Source of the DNA: Tubiluchus corallicola
Lineage: Eukaryota > Animalia > Priapulida
Reading direction: 5' to 3'
DNA: 64,000 nucleotides
Assembly: GCA_030141605.1 (NCBI GenBank)
Contig: JAQGDQ010000979.1
Location: 9,973 to 73,972, forward strand
Part shown: positions 40,973-52,213 of the stretch, in pieces
Layout: each line of letters opens with the position of its first letter
Numbering within the stretch: the stretch's first letter is position 1
Notes under the pieces: generated by a model
Database searches by the model: none
Told to the model about the DNA's origin: nothing
Seen by the model: only the letters and a program-made list of their open reading frames with translations
Translations under genes and position numbers: made by a program

Positions 40973-41430
40973 AATCCAGGTAATGAAATCACAGGTAATA
41001 AAGTCACAGGTAAAAAAGCCACACGTAAAAAAACCACGCGTGAAAAAGGCGTACTGGTAAAAAGTCGTAGAAGAAAAGAGGCACAGGAAAAAATCCTAAA
41101 CTTAATTCTAATCCTTCTTCTATCCCTAGCCCTAACCCTAATCCTAATTCTGACCCTAATCCTTATTCTAACCCTAGCCCTAATCCTAATTATAACCCCG
41201 ACCGTAATCCTAATTCTAACCCTAACCGTAATCCTAAATCTAACCCTAACTCTAATCCCAATTCTAACCCTAACCGTAATCCTAAATCTAACCCTAACTC
41301 TAATCCTAATTCTAACCCTAACCGTAATCCTAAATCTAACCCTAACTCTAATCCTAATTCTAACCCTAACCGTAATCCTAAATCTAACCCTAACTCTAAT
41401 CCTAAATCTAACCCTAACCCTAATCCTAAA
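40973..41430 (+). mobile_element. Non-autonomous element with ggtaaaaaagtcac-type subrepeats and degenerate (CCTAAY)n hexamer tract
   Basis: Short subrepeats followed by ccctaa/tcctaa/tctaac hexamers with a 48-bp higher-order unit; a diverged reverse-strand relative lies at ~14035-14160. Confidence 0.55.
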
Positions 41431-42392
41431 TACAGGAGGTAGTGCCCGTCTAACTAGTGAATGGTGAAATGTTTAGTTTCCTTTCAATATTTTAAAGAGT
41501 AGATTGTTTTTACCTTCAGTTTAATATTTGATCTGTTTTTGTTTTAAGTACGAATAGTGAACGTACCTCATTCATTTCTATATTTTTAATGAACTTTGTA
41601 GCCTTTTGGACTTATCAATGATTAATTCTAAGCATAATGCATTAAAAATAATAATAAAATTACTACACGTGGTTCGAAACCATGCTGAGCTGATTTCTTT
41701 CAACGTACAATTTACAGTGCTGGCAGTCCGTGTCAAACATTTTCCCGGTCAGCATCTTCCCGTGCTTACTGCGTCATCATTGCCCCTCCTGTCAGCACAA
41801 ACGAGGCAGTATCCTCTTTGTTGTTAGCTGTAATTTGAACAAGGTTTCTGTTTGTTTACAAAATCGTGTTGACAAACAATAACTTCACACGAACCGTGCG
41901 TTTATCATTTCATGGAGGGGGCGGATCCAGGTCTAATTACGAGTGCAGCCCCCTCTTGCTACCCTGCTGTTTCATTACTATTCACAGGAATGCCCCTGTA
42001 AATACGAATGCGTGCAATTATAATTTCGTGATGCCACCAGAATATAAACTAAGTTGAATTAAAATTCACACTTTTTAAATTTTGTTACATCAATTCAGAT
42101 CAAGTTCAATTTGAATAAAGAAAATAGTTTTTACATAGTTTAAGTTAAGTGAAGTGCATTAAATTAGCTCGAATCAAATTAAATTTCAAACGTACAACTT
42201 TGAAATACGATTAACTTAGTTAATAAATCAGTTTAAATCAAATTGAATATACGAATAGGGTGTGCCTTTAAAATAAGGTTTGTACCGTGTGATGATGTAA
42301 AAGGTATTAGTAAATTTAGTTTATTAGTAAAATTAGTTTATTAGTGAAAGGTATAAATCAATTTAAATGACATTTTTCATTCATTGCAGCGT

Positions 42393-42735
42393 ATATCAAA
42401 ATCGTGATTACATATTATGTTTTCCTTATGTTTCCTTGCTATTATTACATCATTTACTTTATTTCAAAGTTATTTCAATATTTATATCAAAATCGTGATT
42501 ACATATTATGTTTTCCTTATGTTTCCTTGCTATTATTACATCATTTACTTTATTTCAAAGTTATTTCAATATTTATATCAAAATCGTGATTACATATTAT
42601 GTTTTCCTTATGTTTCCTTGCTGTTATTACATCATTTACTTTATTTCAAAGTTATTTCAATATTTATATCAAAATCGTGATTACATATTATGTTTTCCTT
42701 TTGTTTCCTTGCTGTTATTACATCATTTACTTTAT
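42393..42735. repeat. 91-bp AT-rich tandem repeat, about 3.7 copies
   Basis: atatcaaaatcgtgattacatatt at 42393, 42484, 42575, 42666. Confidence 0.93.
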
Positions 42736-43392
42736 TACATCAATTGCATTAAGTCATCTACAAAAGCACACATAACGTTAATTATTTTTTCATTTAAGTA
42801 AGGTGAGTGTGTTAATGACCGAATGGTCGTACACTCACCTCACACTACTCAAATCATTTTATTTATTGTTTATTTATGTGTACAATATTGTATTTTGATG
42901 TGTGAAAAGTAAATTCATAGTTCAGAGATGTTAATAATAGTCATAAGTCATTTATTTTAAGTCATGTTATTCTTGGCGTACTGGACAAAATACTTACCAA
43001 GAAGATGCCAAATTTCAAAAAAATCATTTGTTTAGTTTCTCTATATCCTTTCTCGTCTTTTCTTGTAAAATTATAATCTGACAAGTTCAACAATTTTCTT
43101 CAAATTTAGTTGGGAAGTTTATACGTACTGTACGTGATCATAATCATTGCGTTTAACTCTGTTAAACTGCACGAGTGTTTAGTTGTGATAGGAATTATCC
43201 CTGACATCCCTGTGTAAATGAACGCCCTCCTTGATCCACCGCTTTGTTGCGATAGGAGGGATCTCCCGGGGGAGTTCCGCTGGCTTCCTGTTATCAAAAC
43301 ATGAACGCACGGGTGGGTTGGTTGCCTGGGGTGGGTGGTGTCACACTGCTCGATTTTCTCTTGGTAAGGATGCAGTGTTCTGTTAGCGCTCG

Positions 43393-44334
43393 TAGTGGTT
43401 GTGTGGCACAGTTCTACAGTGTTAAAGTAATTGTTATAGTGGCTGTGTGGCACTGTTCTTCAGTGTTGTAACTAATTGTTATGGTGGTTGTGTGACACAG
43501 TTCTTCAGTGTTAAAGTAATTGTTATAGTGGCTGTGTGGCACTGTTCTTCAGTGTTGTAACTAATTGTCATAGTGGTTGTGTGGCACTGTTCACTAATTG
43601 TTATAGTGGTTGTGTGGCACAGTTCTTAAGTGTTAAACTAATTGTTGTACTAGCTGCGTGACACTGTTCTTTAGTGTTAAACTAATTGTTGCAGTAACTG
43701 CATGGCACGGTTCTTCAGTGTTGAACTAATTATTGCAGTAGCTGCGTGGCACTGTTCTTTAGTGTTAAACTAATTGTTGCAGTAGCTGCGTGGCACTGTT
43801 CTTCAGTGTTAAACTAATTATTGCAGTAACTGCGTGGCACTGTTCTTCAGTGTTAAACTAATTGTTATAGTGGTTGTGTGGCACTGTTCTTCAGTGTTAA
43901 ACTAATTATTGCAGTAGCTGCGTGGCACTGTTCTTCAGTGTTAAACTAATTGTTGCAGTAGCTGCGTGGCACTGTTCTTCAGTGTTAAACTAATTATTGC
44001 AGTAGCTGCGTGGCACTGTTCTTCAGTGTTAAACTAATTATTGCAGTAGCTGCGTTGCACTGTTCTTCAGTGTTAAACTAATTATTGCAGTAGCTGCATG
44101 GCACTGTTCTTCAGTATTAAACTAATTATTGCAGTAGCTGCGTGGCACTGTTCTTCAGTGTTAAACTAATTATTGCAGTAGCTGCGTTGCACTGTTCTTC
44201 AGTGTTAAACTAATTGTTCCAGTAGCTGCGTGGCACTGTTCTTGAGTGTTAAACTAATTGTTCCAGTAGCTGCGTGGCACTGTTCTTGAGTGTTAAACTA
44301 ATTGTTCCAGTAGCTGCGTGGCACTGTTCTTCAG
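43393..44334. repeat. 44-bp minisatellite, about 21 copies
   Basis: Unit gtggcactgttcttcagtgttaaactaattattgcagtagctgc. Confidence 0.95.
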
Positions 44335-44713
44335 ATATAACATGTGAAATGAAAGTATTCGTGATTTATAAAACATTCATTTTAAGTGTATGTGCACAGC
44401 ACGAATGCTTATAACAAATAGTTTTTCAATGGTTGTGGAATTCCATAAGTTTTAAATGTCATGAAATCCTATATAGCTGATAAAATTTTAATCAGATTAA
44501 GCAAAATTTGTGCCTTGTTTCAGTCACAAGGTATATTAGTTGACAAGAAAATGGATTTTTAACTAGTACACACGTTTCATCATAAGTCTAATTTTAATTT
44601 AATTACACATAACTGTTTAGTTTGTAATTAAAATAAGTTATTTAAGATTTAGCAAACAGGTTCGTTATTTGAGATTCATTTTAGATCTGAAGTTTGTCAA
44701 AGTTTCTGCTTTA

Positions 44714-45645
44714 ATGATAAGCAGAGGTTTGAGTACTTTTGTTTTGGTGATAAGCAGAGATTTGAGTACTTTTGTTTTCATGATAAGCAGAGGTTTGAGT
44801 ACTTTTGTTTTTATGATAAGGAGCGATTTGAGTACTTTTGTTTTCATGGTAAGCAGAGATTTGAGTACTTTTGTTTTTATGATAAGCAGAGGTTTGAGTA
44901 CTTTTGTTTTCATGGTAAGCAGAGATTTGAGTACTTTTGTTTTCATGATAAGAAGAGATTTGAGTACTTTTGTTTTCATGGTAAGCAGAGATTTGAGTAC
45001 TTTTGTTTTCATGATAAGAAGAGATTTGAGTACTTTTGTTTTCATGGTAAGCAGAGGTTTGAGTACTTTTGTTTTTATGATAAGCAGAGGTTTGAGTACT
45101 TTTGTTTTCATGGTAAGCAGAGATTTGAGTACTTTTGTTTTCATGATAAGAAGAGATTTGAGTACTTTTGTTTTCATGGTAAGCAGAGATTTGAGTACTT
45201 TTGTTTTCATGATAAGAAGAGATTTGAGTACTTTTGTTTTCATGATAAGCAGAGATTTGAGTACTTTTGTTTTTATGATAAGCAGAGATTTGAGTACTTT
45301 TGGTTTCATGATAAGCAGAGATTTGAGTACTTTTGTTTTCATGATAAGCAGAGATTTGAGTACTTTTGTTTTTATGATAAGCAGAGATTTGAGTACTTTT
45401 GTTTTTATGATAAGGAGAAGAGTTTGTTTTTATGATTATTGTTTTTGAGATATGTATTTTTGATTATAGGAGTTTGCTTTTGTTTTTATGATAAGGAGAG
45501 ATTTATGTACTTTGTTTTTATGATATAGAGTGATTTGAGTACTTTTGTTTTTATGATAAGGAGAGATTTATGTACTTTGTTTTTATGATAAGGAGTGATT
45601 TGAGTACTTTTGTTTTTATGATAAGCAGAGATTTAAATACTTTTG
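44714..45645. repeat. 33-bp minisatellite
   Basis: Unit atgataagcagagatttgagtacttttgttttc; ORFs on both strands are artefacts of a 3n stop-free unit. Confidence 0.95.
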
Positions 45646-45967
45646 GTGATAATAAAATCGTATTGTTGATTTATTTACACACCTTCATCATTTCATTTAA
45701 CCCCAGTTATGCCTTATTGATAATTTACAACCACTGCAATTGGCAATTACTTCTCCCATGTGCGGATATAAAGAGTTACAGACCTTCTTACAGCTAAATA
45801 ACCCGATGATAGAATTAATTGCGCTGGCTGCTTGTTTCAGCGTCACGTGATCACGTGATTTTGTGCAGCTCGTTGTAATCAGTGTAATAATTGAAACAAA
45901 TTGAATTTGTTTAATACGTCTCTCCTTACATGTGTTGCTCTAATGTTAGCTTGGAGGAGGTTATAAT

Positions 45968-46022
45968 ATGATGAAGATGATGATGATGACGGTGATGGTG
46001 ATGTTGATGGTGGTGGTGGAGG

Positions 46023-46056
<34 letters not shown>

Positions 46057-46100
46057 GATGATGGTGATGGTGATGATGATGATGATGATGATGATGGTGG

Positions 46101-46133
<33 letters not shown>

Positions 46134-46140
46134 CGACGAC
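45968..46140. repeat. (GAT/GGT)n microsatellite
   Basis: Direct reading. Confidence 0.95.
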
Positions 46141-46332
46141 CATAATGATTGCTAGTGCAGCACATTAACTGCTGTTGAACCATATACACGCAACTAAAAA
46201 AAATAATTTTTCAGGTTCATGGTAGCAGATAACGCAACAGAAGCGCCCTCTACTGGACAATTCACACGGTAGCTCTCTGCGGTTCAATGGGAAGGCGCTT
46301 CGTGGAGTCAAGAAAGCTAAAATGTGGATAAG

Positions 46333-46426
46333 ATGCGGTTAGACTGGTTTAAGATTCTACTCACAGCTCTATTGCTAGTCCTGTGCTTACCCATATTCAT
46401 CGGTGGACTGCCACCAGCTACTTCTG
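46333..46426 (+). CDS. Putative first coding exon of a secreted/membrane protein: signal peptide MRLDWFKILLTALLLVLCLPIFIGGLPPATS + phase-1 donor
   Basis: Acceptor aatttttcag| at 46214; in-frame upstream stops; ATG at 46333 gives a basic n-region, hydrophobic h-region and small-residue c-region; ends G|GTAAG at 46426/46427. Downstream exons not identified in this window. Confidence 0.6.
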
Positions 46427-47192
46427 GTAAGATTGATAGTTTTGTCATAAACCCTCGTTCACACTAGGCAAAAATACTATAGGCGTAGTGTAATTTTTAG
46501 ATACGTAACTTAGACTTGTTTAAGATTCTTCTCACAGCTCTATTGCTAGTCCTGTGCTTACCCATATTCATCGGTGGACTGCCACCAGCTACTTCTGGTA
46601 AGATTGATAGTTTTGTCATAAACCCTCGTTCACACTAGGCAAAAATACTATGGGCGTAGTGTAATTTTTAGATACGTAACTTAGACTGGTTTAAGATTCT
46701 ACTCACAGCTCTATTGCTAGTCCTGTGCTTACCCATATTCATCGGTGGACTGCCACCAGCTACTTCTGGTAAGATTGATAGTTTTGTCATAAACCCTCGT
46801 TCACACTAGGCAAAAATACTGTAGGCGTAGTGTAATTTTTAGATACGTAACTTAGACTGGTTTAAGATTCTACTCACAGCTCTATTGCTAGTCCTGTGCT
46901 TACCCATATTCATCGGTGGACTGCCACCAGCTACTTCTGGTAAGATTGATAGTTTTGTCATAAACCCTCGTTCACACTAGGCAAAATACTATACCCGTAG
47001 TGTAGTTTTTAGATACGTAACTTAGACTGGTTTAAGATTCTACTCACAGCTCTATTGCTAGTCCTGTGCTTACCCATATTCATCGGTGGACTGCCACCAG
47101 CAGCTATTGGTAAGATTGATAGTTTTGTCATAAACCCTCGTTCACACTAGGCAAAAATACTGTAGGCGTAGTGTAATTTTTAGATACGTAAC
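46339..47192 (+). repeat. 171-bp tandem repeat, 5 copies before the LTR element (continues at 53402-53539)
   Basis: agact(g/t)gtttaagattct at 46341, 46512, 46683, 46854, 47024 and 53409. Confidence 0.95.
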
Positions 47193-48381
47193 TGTGATGA
47201 TCGGTTATACCATCCATCATTGTCGCAACACCTATTTTGATATATCTTTCATATGTTGTTGTGTGTGCATAAATAATGATCTAATTACTTTATTGATTTA
47301 TTGCACTGTTTATTTAAATTTATATTACATTGTGTGTTTTTTGTAAGATTTTGACACCAGATGGCTCTGGCCGCTTATTTCTCTGCTTACCTGTAATTAG
47401 GTTACCTGAAAATTCGAATACCAAATGGCTTCAACCTGTTTTGGGATCTTACTACAGAGTTTGTGTTTTACACTAGTTATGTTCTGACTGTCGAAGTTAC
47501 AGGGTGGTGGAGTTTTGCTGGTTAGTCCACATCCTGAGGTTGTTTTATATGGCTGAACACCAAGTTTGGTGTGAACCTGTCTTTAATGGTACTCGTATGC
47601 AGTGAGATGATTTGTCACAAAGACAATGGTTTTGTCTACTTTTGTTTATTCGTTGTTTGCGGTGATGGCACTGTCTTGACATTCCAAGAAGCAAGTGTTT
47701 GGTAATCATATTTCCACCTGGAGAATAGGACTCAAATTCTCGCTCAATAGTAGTGGAAAACCAGTCGAGGACCAGTTCTACCTGGACCAATGGTCTGTCT
47801 GTTCGTCTGAACTAAAGGTTCTGTTTGTCACCCTGCAAAAGGACGACATCTGGCTTTATCACTGGAAGGCTGAGGCAACCAGGTACGAGTTCAATTGCTG
47901 GATTGCTGGAGCAGTTTTAAAGCGTGGTCCATGCAGAGGCTGGATTGGTGACCATTGGCAAAGAGTTGCTGGCAAGGACGTGGCTGACTGCTGGAGATGA
48001 AAAGCCGATGTGGTAAGGTTGGAGACTCAAGAGCGTGGTTGATAGATCCAAAAGCCTGATGAGAGACAGAAGCGTAGCCGGCCAACGTTACTTTTGGGGG
48101 AATTAGGTATTGTTGGAAATTGTTATCAATTTAATTTGCTATTGTTGTTTCACTGATTAAATTCTAAATCTAAATATTAGCTTTTAGTTCCGTTTTCGTT
48201 CTGATTAAATAATTTGCACGTGCACACAAGTGTTTCACCAGTGACACGGATTCACGTAGCCTACACAAATGAATGATTATCCTGTAGATTTAGCATATAA
48301 AAGTGACGGAAACGCTCGAGAACTCTGAACACAGTACTCTGATTTCCTAACGTCCTGACTTAGTTATTACACGGCGTCACA
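47193..48381 (+). repeat. 5' LTR (1189 bp)
   Basis: tgtgatgatcgg...acggcgtcaca; matches 52214-53401 except about 5 substitutions and one 1-bp indel found by eye. Confidence 0.97.
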
Positions 48382-48384
48382 ATT

Positions 48385-48402
48385 TGGTGTCAGAAGTGGG
48401 AT
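48385..48402 (+). promoter_or_regulatory. Primer-binding site complementary to the tRNA-Leu 3' end
   Basis: TGGTGTCAGAAGTGGGAT, 3 nt after the 5' LTR; complement of ...AUCCCACUUCUGACACCA of metazoan tRNA-Leu. Confidence 0.88.
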
Positions 48403-49003
48403 AATTAAGGCCTGCCACTGAATGAAACCGCTGTGCAGATTATTTATTCTGTTTATTGTTGAAAAAAATAGCATCTCTGCCCTTCGCAGAACTGATAATA
48501 TAATATTTCTACTGAGTAAGCTTAGAACTTTTGACACTTGCGTTGACCGTGCTGTAGGTATAAATTTCTCTGCGCAAGCAGTTAGTAGTTTCATTGCAGT
48601 AGGAGATTTCGAACTACAGGTAAACTAGGTCACATTGTCTGACTGTGAAGTGCATGCGACGCAAAAGCTTGTTTACGAAATGGTGAGCCCTAGTAATATA
48701 TTCAACGGCTTATAACTTCCTGTTCGGTTCGGGACTTATTTTTGCATAGTACTAGCTGTATGTAACCTGAGCAATTTGCTTGCGAACAGAGTGAGAGTAG
48801 AGTAAAAGAAACCACGTGAGTGGTGAATAAATTTTCACAAGTGTAATAGCAAAGTTAAAACGAAACAAAACGCAAATAAATACTTTGCAAAGAAAATAAT
48901 TACACAGAATATACTACTATAAACAAAATACAGTTGCACATAGTATTTGACTGCTGAATCAACACCTTATTAAATTAAAAATAAAACGAAACGGTAAATT
49001 ACC

Positions 49004-51565
49004 ATGGCAGCAAACGCATACACTGAAAACGAGTTAGATATTTTAAAAGTGTCGCAGCTAAAACAAATTATAGCTGAACGCGGAATCACAGTTGCCGCAA
49101 CAGCGACTAAACCTGTTTTAATAGCTGCTATTCTACAAGCTCAGCTTCCTTTGAATATGACGCAACCTGCGCTAACACAAGCAATTCAAGGCCTTGGTGA
49201 TGCGGACCTGGACGCGGGTACATATGTTGAAGCTAATTTAAATGCAGCAACTCCCGTGAACACTATTTCAGGTGGCGTGAAAAGGAAGCCAACTGTGGCA
49301 ACGAGGTTAGAACACACACCTCCGCCCGACTTGTCATTAATGCCAGACGACATAACTGAGGGAATGCAGCAATTACCCCCTTCAGAGAGGTATTCAGTTA
49401 TGATTACACTGGAAAAGCTACGCAGCGAAGAGCGTCGAGCTGTCAAACAGATGGAGATGCAAATGCAGATGGACAAAGAGTTACGTATTAAGCAACTTGA
49501 ACATCAGGAACGGGTTGAGCTTGAAAAATTGCGTGCCGAACTTGCACGAATTGAAGTCGCACCTACTTTATTACAGGTCGCAAACCCTTCATCTCCTGAT
49601 AACCCGCAATTGCATGCACCTATCCAGCGTATCAAAATGAGGGTCTTTGATGAAAACGCTGAAGACATCGACGATTTCTTAAGTCAGTTTGAATCAACTG
49701 CAGCTGCAAATAAGCTTCCTCAGGACGTATATGCAGCATCTTTAGGGCCTGCACTCACCGGGAAAGCTTCCATTGCTTTTCACCAAATACCTCCTGAGCA
49801 AATGAGCAACTACGATGCTGTGAAGAAAGCACTTTTGGCAGCATATGTATTAACCAGCGAGAGCTACTTGAAACGTTTTCGTGCTATAAAAAAGAGGGCC
49901 AATGAGACTTTTCAGCAAGTTGGCAGAAGACTTGTTCGGGCCTACAATGAGTACAGAAATGCAGAAGATGCTGACTCTGTAGATAAAGTTGTGGAATTGG
50001 TCTGTAAGGAACAAGTCTTAACACTGATGTCACGTGACATGTGTGAATGGGTCCGGAGGCAAGATCTTCATTCCTTCGATGATGTTGTGGAAAAAGCAGA
50101 CTTGTACCAAGCATCTGTGATGTCGATACAGGGTGGCCTAAAAGTCATGCAACCTCACACATTTAAGAAAGGATTGAAGCCGCCAATGCACGATGGTAGT
50201 AGTTCAGCAAGAGGAAGAAGCACATATAATGGATCTAATGTGAAGTGCTATTCCTGCGGCGAGTTGGGACATAAAAGAAATCAATGCAGAAGAAGCATGG
50301 CAGGTGCTGAAGCCACCGGGAAAGGCAGAAGCATGATGGGTCGGAATTTTTTAGCTAAAGGTGATGCTAAGAAGACCCAGGAAGGTGGTTCAAGAAAAAC
50401 CACAAAGAAGTTGCGCAACATTATTGTATCTTCTGAAGATGAATATTGCTGCTGGGCATCTGTGAATGGCAAGAGTGTGAAATGCATGCGCGACACTGGG
50501 GCATGCACTAGCCTTGTTCACCCAGATTTGGTAAGGCCAGAGCAATATGTTGATGAGTCAACCAGGACGATTAAGTGTGTACATGGAGATTCCAAGGACG
50601 TACGCATGGCTATTGTGGAGGTTGAAAGTCCGATGGTCAGTGGATATTTGACAGTGGCTGTCTCTGGTGACCTTCCAGTTGACTTCTTACTTGGTAATGA
50701 CTTTCGGACGGCAGTTACTCCATTCCCGGCAAAGAGGAGTAAGAACTTCCAGTGTGTACCGAAACCAGCTTCAACACCTACTGTGGCCAACATGGATTCC
50801 TCCTGCCAATTTAAAAAGCATGCTATGAAGCAGGATGAAAACAGTAGTGGTGACAAGCTGCACACGGCATTAGTTGTTACACGCAGTAAAGCTGCGAAAC
50901 TGCAAAACCTTGAGGAAAGAGACAAGACCCTCCAACAAGAGTTTTTGCAAGACAGAATCAAAGCACCTCTACTGACTGAGCACGAGTCAAAGCAAAACCA
51001 AGTGCATCTAACTGAGCTCAGTAAATCCCAGTTACACCAAGAACAAGTAGATGATGTAACTTTAAGGAACTTACGTGACAATGCACGCACTGAAGAAATT
51101 GTGCGGAAAGAAGGCAAAGGCTACTATCTTCGTGAAGGAGTACTTTATTACATGGCACGTGAGCGTCCTAGCCTAGAACCACGAGAACTACTGGTTGTGC
51201 CTAAGACAAGGAGACTGGAGGTGCTCTCCCTTGCACATGATAATAAGATGGCTGGACATTTAGGCATTAGGAAAACTACCAAGCGAATACTGCAGGAATA
51301 TACTTGGCCACAACCCAACAAGATTCTACGTATACACAACTTCCCACGTCCAAACATACACAAAACAAGAAACAAGTACGGGCCTACTTGGGTCTTGTTG
51401 GCTTCAACCGTAGGTTCATTCCTATGTTCAGTACCAAGGCTGCTGCTCTTTTTGAGCTACTTGAGAAAACCAAAGTTGAGTGGACAGAAGCCTGCGAGCG
51501 GAGTTTTGTGGAATTGCAAGACTGCCTTGGCTCCGACACTGTATTGCACTCTCCAGATTTCATGA
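49004..51565 (+). CDS. gag-pol: Gag-protease-integrase(N-terminal) polyprotein of the LTR element; last ~70 codons out of frame
   Basis: N-terminal SAP/HeH-like motif (LKVSQLKQIIAERGI...KPVLIAAI), coiled coil, capsid/SCAN-like region, CCHC knuckle CYSCGELGHKRNQC (~50246), aspartic protease DTGA (~50492), integrase zinc-finger half AHDNKMAGHLG...YTWP (~51233-51310), then RT thumb-entry sequence QPNKILRIHNFPRP. Confidence 0.92.
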   Translation: MAANAYTENELDILKVSQLKQIIAERGITVAATATKPVLIAAILQAQLPLNMTQPALTQAIQGLGDADLDAGTYVEANLNAATPVNTISGGVKRKPTVATRLEHTPPPDLSLMPDDITEGMQQLPPSERYSVMITLEKLRSEERRAVKQMEMQMQMDKELRIKQLEHQERVELEKLRAELARIEVAPTLLQVANPSSPDNPQLHAPIQRIKMRVFDENAEDIDDFLSQFESTAAANKLPQDVYAASLGPALTGKASIAFHQIPPEQMSNYDAVKKALLAAYVLTSESYLKRFRAIKKRANETFQQVGRRLVRAYNEYRNAEDADSVDKVVELVCKEQVLTLMSRDMCEWVRRQDLHSFDDVVEKADLYQASVMSIQGGLKVMQPHTFKKGLKPPMHDGSSSARGRSTYNGSNVKCYSCGELGHKRNQCRRSMAGAEATGKGRSMMGRNFLAKGDAKKTQEGGSRKTTKKLRNIIVSSEDEYCCWASVNGKSVKCMRDTGACTSLVHPDLVRPEQYVDESTRTIKCVHGDSKDVRMAIVEVESPMVSGYLTVAVSGDLPVDFLLGNDFRTAVTPFPAKRSKNFQCVPKPASTPTVANMDSSCQFKKHAMKQDENSSGDKLHTALVVTRSKAAKLQNLEERDKTLQQEFLQDRIKAPLLTEHESKQNQVHLTELSKSQLHQEQVDDVTLRNLRDNARTEEIVRKEGKGYYLREGVLYYMARERPSLEPRELLVVPKTRRLEVLSLAHDNKMAGHLGIRKTTKRILQEYTWPQPNKILRIHNFPRPNIHKTRNKYGPTWVLLASTVGSFLCSVPRLLLFLSYLRKPKLSGQKPASGVLWNCKTALAPTLYCTLQIS

Positions 51566-51936
51566 AGCCTTTTATACTGACTACTGATGCATCTTTGAGT
51601 GGTATAGGTGGTGTACTATCCCAAGAACAAAGTGAACATGGCGAAGTACCTATAACATACCTCAGCAGAAAATTAACTGTTACTGAGCGTAATTACAGTG
51701 TGGTAGAAGTGGAGTGTTTAGCAGTTGTATACTGTGTGGAGAAGTTGAGATACTTTCTGGAAGGGCGGCATTTTACTATCCGAACTGACCAGCGCAGCTT
51801 GTTGGCCCTTCCACGTATTAAGCGTAATAACCGCCGGTTGTGTCACTGGTCGCTCATTCTCCAGGAATACTCTTACACGGTGGAGAATATTCCGGGAAGA
51901 ATGAATGTTGTGGCGGATGCACTTTCACGCCTATAA
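51361..51936 (+). pseudogene. RT connection and RNase H domains of pol (frameshifted relative to the upstream ORF)
   Basis: KKQVRAYLGLVGFNRRFIP, PFILTTDASLSGIGGVLSQ, ERNYSVVEVECLAVV, FTIRTD, NVVADALSR* are Ty3/Gypsy RNase H motifs; stop follows immediately with no downstream integrase. Confidence 0.92.
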
Positions 51937-52195
51937 ATTTTGCCTAATTTTGATAGTTTTATACGAAGAAATTGTTTTTCCAATTAAACAACATAAAGCC
52001 TTTAAAAGTGAAATGGCAGAAGTAAAGTCGTTTATTGTGTTATTTGTAGATTTATTTTGTATCAGTATTGATTGAAGTTGCTTCTCGGAGTAATTAAGAT
52101 AGCCCATTTAGTTAGCAAATCATTGTTTAGCTTTTATTTTCTTCAATTGTTTCAATATAGGTGTCGCTATGTTGTGAAAACTCCTTCAGAGTTTT

Positions 52196-52208
52196 AAAAG
52201 GAGAGAGA
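52196..52208 (+). promoter_or_regulatory. Polypurine tract
   Basis: AAAAGGAGAGAGA ending 5 nt before the 3' LTR. Confidence 0.8.
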
Positions 52209-52213
52209 TGCTA

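Noticed and set aside
41095-41430. Interstitial telomere
   Set aside because: Hexamers are mixed CCCTAA/TCCTAA/TCTAAC/CCGTAA and attached to MITE-like subrepeats, not a pure (TTAGGG)n tract.
48055-48075. CTGATGAG in both LTRs as a possible hammerhead ribozyme (retrozyme) core
   Set aside because: No stem II followed by GAAA and no closing stems I/III visible.
47545-48085. Short ORFs inside the LTRs as accessory genes
   Set aside because: Short, mostly non-ATG starts, no recognisable motifs, and a stop differs between the two LTR copies.
51340-51370. Programmed ribosomal frameshift linking the long ORF to RNase H
   Set aside because: No X XXY YYZ slippery heptamer; the shift is better explained by an 8-bp insertion between FPRP and QNKKQVR.
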